This document shows positions 19,679 through 30,550 of a DNA stretch of 64,000 nucleotides, one piece after another. The position numbers and the translations under genes are program-made. This DNA comes from Acholeplasma sp. (lineage in GTDB: Bacteria; Bacillota_I; Bacilli_A; Acholeplasmatales; UBA5453). The notes beneath the pieces are model-generated. The model had not been told where the DNA came from. It saw nothing but the letters and a program-made list of their open reading frames with translations, and did not search any database. The stretch covers positions 148,478 through 212,477 of the forward strand of contig JAVBWN010000012.1 in assembly GCA_036677365.1 (NCBI GenBank), written 5' to 3'. Within the stretch, counting starts at the first letter, position 1. Each line of letters starts with the position of its first letter.

Positions 19679-20540
19679 TTTAACTACATTGATCAAACGA
19701 AATGTCAAAGTCTTTTTAAGAGATAAGGCAGCGGTATTCTTTTCATTCCTATCGGTCATCATCTTACTGGGTTTATATTTCTTATTCTTAGGTAGACAGT
19801 ATACCACAGGGGGTTCATTTGATACCATTGAAGACAACCTCAAAACCTTCTTAGGTGTGGGTGTCATCATGGGTGGGGTCTTGGTCATCAATACCGTATC
19901 TTTATCTTTAGGGGTCATGGGTACGATTGTCTCAGACATCGAAACCAGACGTTTAGAAGGCTTTATGGTTACACCGATTGAACGCTATAAAGTCATCTTA
20001 TCCTATTTCATTTCATCCACACTAGTCACGGTGGTTTTATCTTGGATGATGTGGGGATTAACCATTTTATATGTGGGTATTTCTTCTGGTTATTGGTACA
20101 ATCTAGAAACCATTTTAGTATCTTCATTATTGATTTTATTCTATACGTTCATCTCATCCGCTTTGATGTTATTCTTAGTCACTTTGATCAAGAGCCAAAA
20201 TGCTTTTGGTGCTTTAGCTGGTGTGTTAGGGACAGTCATTGGTTTCATGAGCGGGATTTATATGCCACTATTTGTCTTAGGTAAGGGGATGTCGAATATT
20301 GCTTCTGTGGTACCATTTACCCATATGACAATCTTACTCAAACAAGTGATACTAAAACAAGCCTACGCTGAACTACCAGCCCCATTCGCAGAAGCCCTCG
20401 CTGAATCGTATGGTACACAAGAAATTGGTGTGTTTGGTATCGATATCCCCATGTTTTGGTTGATGGTAGGGTCCTTCGGGGTAGCACTCATCTTACTGGC
20501 TTTAGCTTATCGAAACATGAATAAAAAGATGATCAAATAA
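19671..20540 (+). CDS. ABC-2 type exporter permease
   Basis: Six TM segments, FMSGIYMP; coupled to the ATPase gene. Confidence 0.9.
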   Translation: MFNLTTLIKRNVKVFLRDKAAVFFSFLSVIILLGLYFLFLGRQYTTGGSFDTIEDNLKTFLGVGVIMGGVLVINTVSLSLGVMGTIVSDIETRRLEGFMVTPIERYKVILSYFISSTLVTVVLSWMMWGLTILYVGISSGYWYNLETILVSSLLILFYTFISSALMLFLVTLIKSQNAFGALAGVLGTVIGFMSGIYMPLFVLGKGMSNIASVVPFTHMTILLKQVILKQAYAELPAPFAEALAESYGTQEIGVFGIDIPMFWLMVGSFGVALILLALAYRNMNKKMIK

Positions 20541-20546
20541 AAAAAC

Positions 20547-20589
20547 AAGATGTCTAATCGCTTTTTTGCGAAATAGACATCTTTTTTTT
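20547..20589. terminator. Bidirectional terminator between convergent genes
   Basis: AAGATGTCTA...TAGACATCTT stem with A/T tracts on both sides. Confidence 0.75.
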
Positions 20590-21625
20590 ATGGTTGTATG
20601 CGCTGATCGTAAACGATGGATGCGAAAATAAGACTCGCTAACCCATAACTCCAATTGTCTTTATAACCAATCCATTTGTATCCCAGTTTTGGAAATAAAG
20701 GTAGTGGAATGGTTGGATTGGAGACTTTGGTCAAATAAGGATGATTCACTTTGGTTTGGATGAAAGCTTTCATCGATGCTTCATAACCCTTTTGTGCAGT
20801 CATACCAAAAGCATCATCCATAATTCCAAGTCTGACTGTTTTGAGAATACCCCCATGAATCAAGAAATTGGCAGAAGACTCTAAACCAGACTTGTGATTT
20901 AAGATGGTTCTAAACAGATGGTCTTGTTGTAAAGGTGTAATCGCTTGGATGGTTTCAATCAACATCGTTTTAATCGATAGATGATACACTGGATCTAAAT
21001 GTTCTAACATCATAGGTAAGGCCATCACGACCCAACCGTTGCCTCTACCCCAGTAGATGTCTTTTGGATAAGCCAGTTTAAATTTGACCCAATACGCATG
21101 TCGCCATAAGCCATCTTTAGAAAGGTATTCCTTGAATTTAACGGCGGTATTGAAGGCCATCATTTGGTATTTTTGATTGTTTTTGTAATGCCCATACACA
21201 CTCAAGAACACCCCATACATCATGATGGAATCGACCCAAATGGATTTAGGATAGAGTTTACCAATCCCACTGTGTCCTAAATGATTGGGTAAAAAGTCGA
21301 TGACTGGTTTGACATGTTCAATGTAATCGATGCCCAATTGGGTGAGGCTATCATAGTGGTCGGTTTGATAAATTCGACCATACGTAAAACTGATGAGGAT
21401 TGGTGCGAATTTATCCGATTGATCGACCACAGGTGGGTGTTCAAGGTAGTAATCTAAATAGCTTTCAATGAACGATTTGTATTTGGTTTCACCCAAATAT
21501 TCATCTAATAATAACAAAGCATAACCAAATAAAGCTTCCCCCCACATCCACTTCATCTTGGGTTCGATTTGAGTGATGTGATGATCAATCACTGAGATAC
21601 AATCTTTAAGATAAGGATTCATCAC
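20588..21625 (-). CDS. GH105 unsaturated (rhamno)galacturonyl hydrolase
   Basis: W.WG near the N terminus, SIWVDSIMM (catalytic Asp region), WGRGNGW, ESSA; located in a pectin locus. Confidence 0.85.
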   Translation of the reverse strand: MMNPYLKDCISVIDHHITQIEPKMKWMWGEALFGYALLLLDEYLGETKYKSFIESYLDYYLEHPPVVDQSDKFAPILISFTYGRIYQTDHYDSLTQLGIDYIEHVKPVIDFLPNHLGHSGIGKLYPKSIWVDSIMMYGVFLSVYGHYKNNQKYQMMAFNTAVKFKEYLSKDGLWRHAYWVKFKLAYPKDIYWGRGNGWVVMALPMMLEHLDPVYHLSIKTMLIETIQAITPLQQDHLFRTILNHKSGLESSANFLIHGGILKTVRLGIMDDAFGMTAQKGYEASMKAFIQTKVNHPYLTKVSNPTIPLPLFPKLGYKWIGYKDNWSYGLASLIFASIVYDQRIQP

Positions 21626-23444
21626 GAATCAACTCCTTTAGGTTTAAGATGAGTTTATGCGAACCATGGGTAATTTCAATTTGACTGGGTTGTCGTGGTA
21701 TCTTTCCAAAAGGTGAATCCAGCCGGTCATATTCTGTGAATACCTGTTGGTTATTATGGAAGACTTGATGGTTTTTTGTATCAATTTCGATGTCATCCAA
21801 TGTGTAAAGATGACCTGCTTTGGTAATCATTAAACGTGCTAGTTTTTTCTTGAAATCTTCTAAGGATACATCATCTGTAGAAGCGACCAAAAACCCCCAA
21901 GCGGTGTATTTGCCTAATTGTCGGAGTTCTACATCATCATATCGGGTGATTTCATTTAATCCAAGGATCCCTATCATGGCCTTGTTTTTAATACCAATGA
22001 CACTGAATTTATCATACATCATCTCATCAAAATCAGATACGTTCATATGACAGTGGGTGAATAACGCCCGTTTCTTTTCGAATAACCCTGTTCTTGGGGA
22101 TAAATCAAACACGTATAATGCCTTGTTTTCATGTTGGAAAGCGTAAGGCATGATGCCATTACCGACCCAATAAGATGGACTAAAGTTTCTAGAATTGTCT
22201 TTAAAAAAGGCGCTCGCTGGGTGTGTGACAAACACGGAAGTCTTTATATCTAACAATGCACCACCCACATGTTGTTGGTCACCAAAGGATTTGGGGACAT
22301 ACATTTGGGCAGTCGATAATAGAAAGTCTTTGTGTTTATAGGTATACACATTCGCCCGTTCAATCGCGACCCCTTGGGTGGTTGGATTGAGCAGGGTGAT
22401 GAGTGGTTTTAATAGATGGAGTTTCTTAAAGAAGATGTTATCAAAGGCACTCAGGTTCTTTAAAAAAGTGTTATGTTTCAAATGCCATGCATGAAACATG
22501 TCGATCGTGAGTTCAATCGATTCATGGTTGGTGAAAGCCTCCATCGACCACAAATATAACCCAGTCGTATAAAAATCTTTTTTCTGTTTAAAGTAGTTGG
22601 TTACTTCACTTAGGTATAAGCCATTCGAATCTTTGATGATTTTGGTGCTTTGGTCTTTTGAAATCTCTTGGATCACTTGAGGGACATCATACTTGGTATT
22701 TAAGACAAACTCAGCGGATAGCCGAGTGTAGTCATAGGTTTCGACAGGACCTAGATTAAAGGCCTTTTTCATGATGTCTAGGATATCTTGTTCTTTGGGG
22801 TCCATCTTTTGCTTGTCATAACAACGACCTGAAGCCACACTAAAATAACCATGATGGTGGAGTAATGCGAAATCCAGCATCAACAAATCCATTAAAAGGG
22901 TCGCTTGTTTAGTGATGGTTTCATCGCTTGAAAATTCAATCAATAAGGATAAAGGCGCGACATCTTCCTCATAATAAGTGTTCGAATGGAACTCAACAAA
23001 ACCCAATTCAAATCGGGTTTTAAACCAATACATCAAGTGTTGATACCCACGGTCTTTATGAAAAGAACCGAAGGCTTTTGTATTGGTAAATACCTCATTG
23101 GGGTATAAACACCCCGCCAAGTATTCACACGTTGAAAAGATCAATTGGTGGTTTTCACTCCAATAACACATCCCGTCTTCACCAGGGTCAGCCATATGGT
23201 ACTTAAACCCCAAGACGGTTTTTTTCATTTGATTTAAAGTACCTTCAGTGATCAAATGCGCGTATTTATATAAACTTCTTAAAATACAAATCATTCGAAA
23301 GTCCGCACAATCATACCGTTTGTCGATGTAGTTTAAGAGGCTTAAAATACCCGATTCATCGATCGTTTTACCCTGGGCTAAAAGATCTATTTCAGGAAAC
23401 GTCTTGTGGGTCATTTTAACAGACATTGGGAGGTCTTCAAACAT
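21606..23444 (-). CDS. Uncharacterised cytoplasmic protein, possibly alpha/alpha-toroid plus beta-sandwich (heparinase II/III-like) oligosaccharide lyase
   Basis: Motifs WSENHQ, EFHSNTYY, SGRCY, GDQQH; no signal peptide; cotranscribed with GH105 and a sugar symporter. The fold is an inference. Confidence 0.45.
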   Translation of the reverse strand: MFEDLPMSVKMTHKTFPEIDLLAQGKTIDESGILSLLNYIDKRYDCADFRMICILRSLYKYAHLITEGTLNQMKKTVLGFKYHMADPGEDGMCYWSENHQLIFSTCEYLAGCLYPNEVFTNTKAFGSFHKDRGYQHLMYWFKTRFELGFVEFHSNTYYEEDVAPLSLLIEFSSDETITKQATLLMDLLMLDFALLHHHGYFSVASGRCYDKQKMDPKEQDILDIMKKAFNLGPVETYDYTRLSAEFVLNTKYDVPQVIQEISKDQSTKIIKDSNGLYLSEVTNYFKQKKDFYTTGLYLWSMEAFTNHESIELTIDMFHAWHLKHNTFLKNLSAFDNIFFKKLHLLKPLITLLNPTTQGVAIERANVYTYKHKDFLLSTAQMYVPKSFGDQQHVGGALLDIKTSVFVTHPASAFFKDNSRNFSPSYWVGNGIMPYAFQHENKALYVFDLSPRTGLFEKKRALFTHCHMNVSDFDEMMYDKFSVIGIKNKAMIGILGLNEITRYDDVELRQLGKYTAWGFLVASTDDVSLEDFKKKLARLMITKAGHLYTLDDIEIDTKNHQVFHNNQQVFTEYDRLDSPFGKIPRQPSQIEITHGSHKLILNLKELIRDESLS

Positions 23445-23445
23445 A

Positions 23446-24867
23446 TTAACAGAACTCCTTTTGATAGCCTTCAGCTCTAATTTCTTCTTCAGGTGTCCAA
23501 GGGATATTTAACGCCATTTTCTCATTCAAGGCTTTGATGTCTTTAGAAATTACAGGGGTGAGTTTGAATGTTCTTGATACCATAAAAGCAAGTAACATGA
23601 GCATACCTAACCCTAAGATAAAGATGAAACGAATGCCTAAAATCGCTGAATCTGGTTGGATGGGTTCTGGTAATAATTCAGTCGGGGTGATGAACCCGGT
23701 GAGTTCCAATACCCAACCAATGACAAATACCGCGATTGCAGCACTACCGGTGCGAATGAACGTCATGACACCGCTACAAACCCCAGTATTTCTTTCCTTA
23801 AGTTTTAGTTCAACCAAATCGACCACATCTGGGAATAAAATCCAGCTCATCAGTTGTGCCCCACTGAAGCCTAAGGCCGCTAAACCAACCAAAACATATA
23901 ATATGATTGGTGCGCCACCCGCAGGGAAGAAAGCAATCCCTAAACTCATCAAAATGGTAAGTGGTAATCCAAAGTAATAAATCTTGGTTTTGGATACCGA
24001 TGAAACCAGTTTATATAAAAGCGGGAACATCAATAGCTGCATCCCCAAGAAAGTCCCTAGGAAGATGGTAGAAGAAATGTTGACCACGTATAACCCATAA
24101 TAAATAACGACCGCAGACGCCATGTCTAAGGCTAAAGCTTGACAAATGTATAAAACGACCAATTTACGGAAACCCTTAACGGATAGTGGTTCGAAGAATG
24201 CTTTTACACTAAACCGTTCCACCGCTTCATATGGGGTACGTTCTTTGGTGTATAAACCAATCAGTATGAGTGGCACGGTAAATATAACACCAAAGACAAA
24301 CACCAATATGAAGTAAAATCCCATGATGGATAAGTTACCAGCGGTATAGGATTCAAACAACATCGTAGGCACGAGTGTACAAATCGCTGTGGATGTCATA
24401 GAAAAAATCAAACGGGTGAGGTTGACTTTATTCCGTTCATTAAAATCGTTGGTGATTTCTGTTGATAACGCTGAATAAGGCACAGCAATGATGGTGTTGA
24501 TGGTGTAGTAGAACAAGTAAGTGACGAGCATATACACGACTTTAAGTGCAGTATTACCTAACCCATGAGGTAACCATAACAACGCTAAAGCAGGTATCAA
24601 CAAAATACCCCCAATCAAGATGAACGGACGACGTCTGCCCAGTTTGGTTTTGGTTCTATCGGTAATCATCCCCATCAACGGGTCATTGATGGCGTCCCAC
24701 GCTTTAGAGATTAAAATCATCGTCCCTGCGATGCCAGGGCTGATGCCGATGACGTTGGTGATGAATACTAAATAGAGGACACCGATGATGGTTTGTCCAC
24801 CCCCACCGTATAAATCGCCTAAAGCGAAAATGAAGCGTTCTTTGGGTTTGATTTCGTTTATTTGCAT
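23446..24867 (-). CDS. MFS glycoside-pentoside-hexuronide (GPH) symporter
   Basis: 12 TM; WDAINDPLMG..TDRTKTKLGRRRPF signature. Confidence 0.92.
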   Translation of the reverse strand: MQINEIKPKERFIFALGDLYGGGGQTIIGVLYLVFITNVIGISPGIAGTMILISKAWDAINDPLMGMITDRTKTKLGRRRPFILIGGILLIPALALLWLPHGLGNTALKVVYMLVTYLFYYTINTIIAVPYSALSTEITNDFNERNKVNLTRLIFSMTSTAICTLVPTMLFESYTAGNLSIMGFYFILVFVFGVIFTVPLILIGLYTKERTPYEAVERFSVKAFFEPLSVKGFRKLVVLYICQALALDMASAVVIYYGLYVVNISSTIFLGTFLGMQLLMFPLLYKLVSSVSKTKIYYFGLPLTILMSLGIAFFPAGGAPIILYVLVGLAALGFSGAQLMSWILFPDVVDLVELKLKERNTGVCSGVMTFIRTGSAAIAVFVIGWVLELTGFITPTELLPEPIQPDSAILGIRFIFILGLGMLMLLAFMVSRTFKLTPVISKDIKALNEKMALNIPWTPEEEIRAEGYQKEFC

Positions 24868-25026
24868 AGTAACCTCCAGCGGTCTTTAAGATTATCATAA
24901 CACAACTATTTAGACTTAAAACCAACTATTTTGAGGTTAAAACTAATAATTCATCCAAAATATAGAAAACGTTCACATTTCACAAAAAATATCAAAACTC
25001 ACGCAAACGATGTGTCTGCGCACGTA

Positions 25027-25064
25027 TGTAAGCGTTGACACAATGGAAAACAATATGATATAAT
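25027..25064 (+). promoter_or_regulatory. Pectin-operon promoter with overlapping cre-like site
   Basis: TGTAAGCGTTGACA overlaps -35 TTGACA (25035-25040); TG-n-TATAAT at 25059-25064. Confidence 0.65.
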
Positions 25065-25110
25065 GATAATGAAATAAACAGTGTCTATCATAATAGACGC
25101 AGGAGAATAC

Positions 25111-26556
25111 ATGAAAAAAATTTGGATGATGCTCGTATTTGGTTTGTTCTTCACGTTGGCAGCGTGTACGAATGAACGCATACCTACAACCGATCCAATC
25201 ACACCTTTGCCAAATGACGAGTTGCCAGTAGACTACTCCAGGTTTCATAACCCATTTGGCTTTTCTTCGCTTATCATCACAGATCGTAAAATTTATAAAG
25301 ATCATGTAACGGTGGTTCAAAATGAGATTGAATTTTTGGATGCTTTGATGGATACCTCAGTTAAAGTCATTCAAATTGAATCGGATTTATCATTGGGGTC
25401 AAAAGAGATCACGAATCAATTAAGTGAAGCAGGCAAATCACTATCAAGCTATAGCAATGTCTACCGCGCTCACAGCAGACAACCCCTCACCCACCCTACT
25501 TTATTAGAAACTGGGGTAGGTCAAGTAAGACTCAACGACAGAAGTGATTTGATGATTTATTCGAAAACAGGCGTTAAGATCAAACACGCTGCCTTCCAAA
25601 TCGAACGATCAACCAATGTAGTGATTAGAAACTTGCATCTGTCTGAACTTTGGGAGTGGGATGAATATTCCGAAGGACAGTATAAACGGAATGACTGGGA
25701 TTATTTCAGTTTAAAGGATGTGAATGGCATTTGGTTTGACCACCTCACGTTTGATCAAGTCTATGATGGCATCATCGATTTAAGAGAACACAGTCAAAAC
25801 GTGACGCTATCTTGGTCCAAACTGAATTTTAATCCAAATGCTTTTATCGACACTCAAATCGATCATTTAGAAGGTAACCGTTCTAGTCATCCTTATTATG
25901 ACAGTCTACGCACCGAAGGTATTTCTGTGGAAGACTTGAAGCTATTTTCGAGCTTTCAAAAGAAGGGCTTTAACTTAGGTAATACCACCGATGGCGATGG
26001 TTTTGAAGACATCACCATGACTTTTCATCATCTAGAAGTATTTAATTTAATGGACCGTATGCCGAGATTAAGAAAAGGCGATGTCCATTTGTATCACATG
26101 ATTCTAGACAACACCTTGCTGTATCAAACCAGACTCGTACTCAATAGTCCAAACCTATCTTTTGTCAATCAAGGGTTGGTATCCACAGAAGGGGGTTCCA
26201 TTTTACTCGAACATTCGATTTATAAATACGTCACTACCCCGATTAAAAACCACCAAGACAGTGACCCCGATGTCAAATACACCGGGTCATACGAAGTCAA
26301 AAACAGTGAACTGATTACAGGAAACCGAACTTACTTTGGGTCATCGACAGACAAAAATTCGCTTTGGTTACATACAGGGGCGAATATAGCATTACCTTAT
26401 CAAATGCGTAACCATGAGGTGATCCCTTACGCCTACGCATTAGAAGATGTTTATTATTTAACTGAAACATTCACTAATTTCAAAACAGGTGCGACCTCCA
26501 TCGAAGATTTCGATTGGCTATGGATCGATACCACACTTTCAAATATAGGAGATTAA
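25111..26556 (+). CDS. PL1 pectate lyase (lipoprotein)
   Basis: Lipobox LAAC; NVVIRNL, IWFDH, DGIID, NVTLSW, RMPRLRKG (RxPxxR) motifs. Confidence 0.9.
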   Translation: MKKIWMMLVFGLFFTLAACTNERIPTTDPITPLPNDELPVDYSRFHNPFGFSSLIITDRKIYKDHVTVVQNEIEFLDALMDTSVKVIQIESDLSLGSKEITNQLSEAGKSLSSYSNVYRAHSRQPLTHPTLLETGVGQVRLNDRSDLMIYSKTGVKIKHAAFQIERSTNVVIRNLHLSELWEWDEYSEGQYKRNDWDYFSLKDVNGIWFDHLTFDQVYDGIIDLREHSQNVTLSWSKLNFNPNAFIDTQIDHLEGNRSSHPYYDSLRTEGISVEDLKLFSSFQKKGFNLGNTTDGDGFEDITMTFHHLEVFNLMDRMPRLRKGDVHLYHMILDNTLLYQTRLVLNSPNLSFVNQGLVSTEGGSILLEHSIYKYVTTPIKNHQDSDPDVKYTGSYEVKNSELITGNRTYFGSSTDKNSLWLHTGANIALPYQMRNHEVIPYAYALEDVYYLTETFTNFKTGATSIEDFDWLWIDTTLSNIGD

Positions 26557-26561
26557 AACAC

Positions 26562-27893
26562 ATGAAAAAAATCTACACCCTGGCTTTACTGATGGTTGTT
26601 TCCCTGTTCTTAGCAGCGTGTGGGCAAACCGCCGACGACAACGAAATTTCATTTGCGTGGTGGGGCACCTCAGACCGTAATATCGCCACCTATCAAGCGA
26701 TTGAACGCTTTGAAGAAAAATACCCGCAATATAAAGTAAAAGGGGAACAATCCACCTGGAATGGGTACCAACAATCTTTAAACAATAAGCTCAACCGTGG
26801 CACCGAAGCCGATGTCTTTCAAGTGAACTACAACTGGATTTATTCGATGTATGGGAAAGACTATTTCATGGATTTAAATGACTTGGGTCTGGATTTATCC
26901 AAATACCCAGCCGATGAACATACCCCACTCACCGTGGATGGTAAAGTCTTGGGTTTATCGGTCTCTGAAACAGGCTATATTTTCTATTTAAATCAAAAAC
27001 TTTATGAGGATGCGAATGTATCCTTTGATGGGGGTACCAGAGTGCTCCCTCAAACCTGGGAAGAACTGATGACTGCGGGTGAACTCATCAATGGCAAAGA
27101 CGCGTCTAAATACGCGATTGGTCGTTTAGATGCCCAACAAGTAGCCATTTTGATGTTTTCATACCTCGCCCAAGTCCATGGGAAGAATGTCATCAATGAT
27201 CAAAACCAACTCAATTTCACCCAAGCCCAATTGGTCGAAGGGTTCAATTTCATCACCGATTTAAGAAGCACAGGCGTACTCATTCCATCGAACGCCATCG
27301 ATACCCATTTGGATGGCCCAACCAATCCGAATTGGACTTCTCAAAAATATGGCGGCGTCTTACAATGGAATACCGCGATTTCTGAATATCAAAATACACT
27401 CCCAGCATCTGCGAACTTAGTGATGGCAGGCATGTTCCAACAACAAGCAGGTCAAAACGTGGGTATGTACAAAAAAGTTTCTATGGCTTACGCAGTTTCT
27501 AAACGCGTAGAAAAGAGCTCAGCAAAACAAGAAGCTGTGAAGACATTCATCGAATTCATGACCACAGACCCAGAAGCGGTCGCCATCTTAGGGGTTGACC
27601 GTGGGGTATCCTCAAATTCAACCACACAAGACTTGTTAAAGGCTGTGGTGGGCAAAGACTATGAAAACTCCCTTGAGTGGCAAGGCCATACGGTGGTTCA
27701 AGCGATGTATAATCATCAACTTACACAAAACATGGCACTTTATATTCACCCATATTACGAACACAACACCTTTAGAGCCATCTATGAAGGCCCAATCGAA
27801 TCGTTCTTACTCAATAACATCAACGCGAATGAAGCGGCATCCCGTATCATTCAACGTTTCAATACCGAATTAGCACGGATCATGGCGGACTAG
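26562..27893 (+). CDS. Sugar ABC transporter solute-binding lipoprotein (TogB-like, oligogalacturonide)
   Basis: Lipobox LAAC; FAWWG...R, EADVFQVNYNW, LGVDRGV as in oligogalacturonide-binding proteins. Confidence 0.85.
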   Translation: MKKIYTLALLMVVSLFLAACGQTADDNEISFAWWGTSDRNIATYQAIERFEEKYPQYKVKGEQSTWNGYQQSLNNKLNRGTEADVFQVNYNWIYSMYGKDYFMDLNDLGLDLSKYPADEHTPLTVDGKVLGLSVSETGYIFYLNQKLYEDANVSFDGGTRVLPQTWEELMTAGELINGKDASKYAIGRLDAQQVAILMFSYLAQVHGKNVINDQNQLNFTQAQLVEGFNFITDLRSTGVLIPSNAIDTHLDGPTNPNWTSQKYGGVLQWNTAISEYQNTLPASANLVMAGMFQQQAGQNVGMYKKVSMAYAVSKRVEKSSAKQEAVKTFIEFMTTDPEAVAILGVDRGVSSNSTTQDLLKAVVGKDYENSLEWQGHTVVQAMYNHQLTQNMALYIHPYYEHNTFRAIYEGPIESFLLNNINANEAASRIIQRFNTELARIMAD

Positions 27894-27895
27894 GT

Positions 27896-28777
27896 ATGGT
27901 AGGAGAGAAGAAATGGGTACCCTACGCACTCTTAGTGCCGTGGTTAATTGGTTTCATCTTATTTAAACTTTACCCATTCATCAGTTCATTCATCATGAGT
28001 CTGTATGAAAAAAGGGGTCGAGTATCGACATTTGTCGGACTTAAAAACTTCGAATTGATTTTCGATTCCTCAAGTTATTTGGGTTCTGAATTCATGAATG
28101 CACTCAAGGTCACGTTCATGTACGTATTCATTACAGTACCTTTGATTTTGATTGTTTCTTTGTTAGTAGCCTATATTTTAGCGTTAAAGATGAAGGGCAT
28201 TGGCTTCTTTAGAACTGCCTTTTATATGCCAACAGTGCTTGGTGCGAACGTCGCAATCATCATCTTATGGCGTTATATTTTCGAATACAACGGCTTAATC
28301 AATGCAGGTTTAAAATTGATTGGGGTACAACCGATCAGTTTCTTAGGCACCGCCGCTGGGGCGATGGCCTCGATTGTCTTACTGAGGGTTTGGCAATTCG
28401 GGTCGACGATGTTGATATTTTTGAATGCTTTGAAAAATGTCCCAGAAACTTTATACGAAGCAGCTACCATCGATGGGGCTGGCAAAGTAAGACAATTCTT
28501 CAGTGTGACCATACCAATGATTACCCCAATCATTTTATTCAACGGGGTTATGAGGTTGGTAGAAACGTTCCAAGTCTTCAATGGGCCAATGCTCATCACC
28601 AATGGTGGACCTGAAAATTCCACCAATGTATTAAATAAACTCATTTATGACATCGCGTTTAAAGGCGGCGATTTAAACGTCGGTAGTGCGATGTCTTGGA
28701 TATTATTCGTGATCATTATGGTATTTACAGTGATGATTTTCAGATCCAGTAAATACTGGGTTCACTATCAGGATTAG
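27896..28777 (+). CDS. Sugar ABC transporter permease
   Basis: EAA motif LYEAATIDGA; TNGGP. Confidence 0.95.
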   Translation: MVGEKKWVPYALLVPWLIGFILFKLYPFISSFIMSLYEKRGRVSTFVGLKNFELIFDSSSYLGSEFMNALKVTFMYVFITVPLILIVSLLVAYILALKMKGIGFFRTAFYMPTVLGANVAIIILWRYIFEYNGLINAGLKLIGVQPISFLGTAAGAMASIVLLRVWQFGSTMLIFLNALKNVPETLYEAATIDGAGKVRQFFSVTIPMITPIILFNGVMRLVETFQVFNGPMLITNGGPENSTNVLNKLIYDIAFKGGDLNVGSAMSWILFVIIMVFTVMIFRSSKYWVHYQD

Positions 28778-28786
28778 GGGTGAACA

Positions 28787-29674
28787 TTGATGAATAAAAC
28801 CATTCAAAAAAGAATCATTTCAGTCATTAAGTATGGCATCATCTTAGGATTCGCTTTCGTGATGTTATACCCACTCTTATGGATCATTGGTGCCTCATTC
28901 AATGAAGTCGCGAATGAATCGTTCTTCTTTTGGCCAAAAGCATTCACATTAGTCGGGTGGCAAGAAGCGTTAACCGCCCCGGGTTGGGGCAGTGCTCAAG
29001 GGTATTCGTTGTTACGTGCGGTATGGAATACGATGCAGTATGTCATTCCTCATGTGGTCTTCGGTACAGTATCGACTTTACTCACTGCGTATGTATTAAC
29101 ACGCATGCATTTTAAAGGTAAAAAGTTTGTATTCGCCCTCGTCATCGGTACATTGTTGATGCCCAATACCATCTTTAGAATCCCGATGTATGCCTTTTGG
29201 ACGAGTCCAGGTGTCGCATCCATTTGGGAAAACAATACCTTACCGTTTATGGCATTCTTACCGCTATGGGCAGGTTCCGTATTCGCGGTCAACTCATTTT
29301 CAATTTTCATGTTCATTCAATTTTTTAGAACCATCCCCCGTGACTTAGATGAAGCGGCGTATATGGATGGAGCGAATAAGATGCAAGTCCTATGGTATGT
29401 GTTGATGCCGGTATTAAAACCGATCGTCATCACAGTAGCACTGTTGTTGTTCATCGCTGAATTCAACGATTACCAAGGACCACTCATTTACATTACGAAC
29501 GCGGAGTTTTTCCCGTTAGCTAAGGTGTTACCACTCTTAGGATTGGATTCCATCAATACCTACGCCCATGTGTATGCGCGTTCGATTGTGTCGGTATCGA
29601 TCCTCATCATCGTATTCTTTGTGGCTCAAAAATACTTTGTCGGTAACAACGCAGATTCAGCCATTAAGGGTTAG
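28787..29674 (+). CDS. Sugar ABC transporter permease
   Basis: EAA motif LDEAAYMDGA. Confidence 0.95.
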   Translation: MMNKTIQKRIISVIKYGIILGFAFVMLYPLLWIIGASFNEVANESFFFWPKAFTLVGWQEALTAPGWGSAQGYSLLRAVWNTMQYVIPHVVFGTVSTLLTAYVLTRMHFKGKKFVFALVIGTLLMPNTIFRIPMYAFWTSPGVASIWENNTLPFMAFLPLWAGSVFAVNSFSIFMFIQFFRTIPRDLDEAAYMDGANKMQVLWYVLMPVLKPIVITVALLLFIAEFNDYQGPLIYITNAEFFPLAKVLPLLGLDSINTYAHVYARSIVSVSILIIVFFVAQKYFVGNNADSAIKG

Positions 29675-29683
29675 GAGGTTCAC

Positions 29684-30547
29684 ATGAAAAAAAGCATTTT
29701 AGGGGTCCTCATCGGTTTGGTTTTGGTGTTATCGGCGTGTGCTGAAAAAACACCAGGACCTGAAGTGATTGAAGATTATGTATGTAAAGATACCCCACTT
29801 TCCACCGGGTGTTATGTCCCATCGGATGATTTGAACTTCATATCACCAATCGCGGATGAATACACCATCAACGAAACATTTGAAACCGACCGTGTCAATC
29901 AAATGCCGCGCAATTGGTTATTGTATCGCAACGAAGAATATAAAGCCGATGGTGTCAAAGCAACCATCATTGAAAATAGTGGTAACCGCTATGTAGAGCT
30001 ATTTTCGGATGGTTTAAAAGCCCCGATGTACCCACAATCGGCACCGAACCCTACCTTTATTTTCTCTACCAAATTCAATTTGGACTTAGACCGTAAAGGG
30101 GTCGCTTACGCCACGGTCATGTTACCATCCAACAAGCCTACCGATTCGATTGCTTTTGGGGTATCGACCGGCGCGGTCAATACCATCCAAGCGGTGATTG
30201 GTTCCGATTTAAAAGTCCAAATCAAAGTGGGTGGGCCATTCTTTTATTACTCCGGTACCGCCGATGGTGGGGATACCTATGCCACATCAGTCACCATTTT
30301 AAAAGACACTTGGTACACCTTCAAGTTTGAATGGGACGCATCCACCAATGTCGTTTCCGCGCACATCAAACAAGGGGATGCATTCGTATCTTTATATTCC
30401 GGGGCATTCCACGTTTCCAACCGCGTTAATGCGCTTTTGAGTGGTGCGATCTTAGTACCGAATGTATTTAGAGTCACGATGCCTCGAAACTATACACACA
30501 GTTATGCGTATATCGATGATGTCATCGTGAATCGAAAGGGGGTTTAG
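29684..30547 (+). CDS. Lipoprotein of unknown function (lectin/jelly-roll-like)
   Basis: Lipobox LSAC; beta-rich; ETFE...WYTFKFEWD...YIDDV pattern. Confidence 0.55.
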   Translation: MKKSILGVLIGLVLVLSACAEKTPGPEVIEDYVCKDTPLSTGCYVPSDDLNFISPIADEYTINETFETDRVNQMPRNWLLYRNEEYKADGVKATIIENSGNRYVELFSDGLKAPMYPQSAPNPTFIFSTKFNLDLDRKGVAYATVMLPSNKPTDSIAFGVSTGAVNTIQAVIGSDLKVQIKVGGPFFYYSGTADGGDTYATSVTILKDTWYTFKFEWDASTNVVSAHIKQGDAFVSLYSGAFHVSNRVNALLSGAILVPNVFRVTMPRNYTHSYAYIDDVIVNRKGV

Positions 30548-30550
30548 TCG

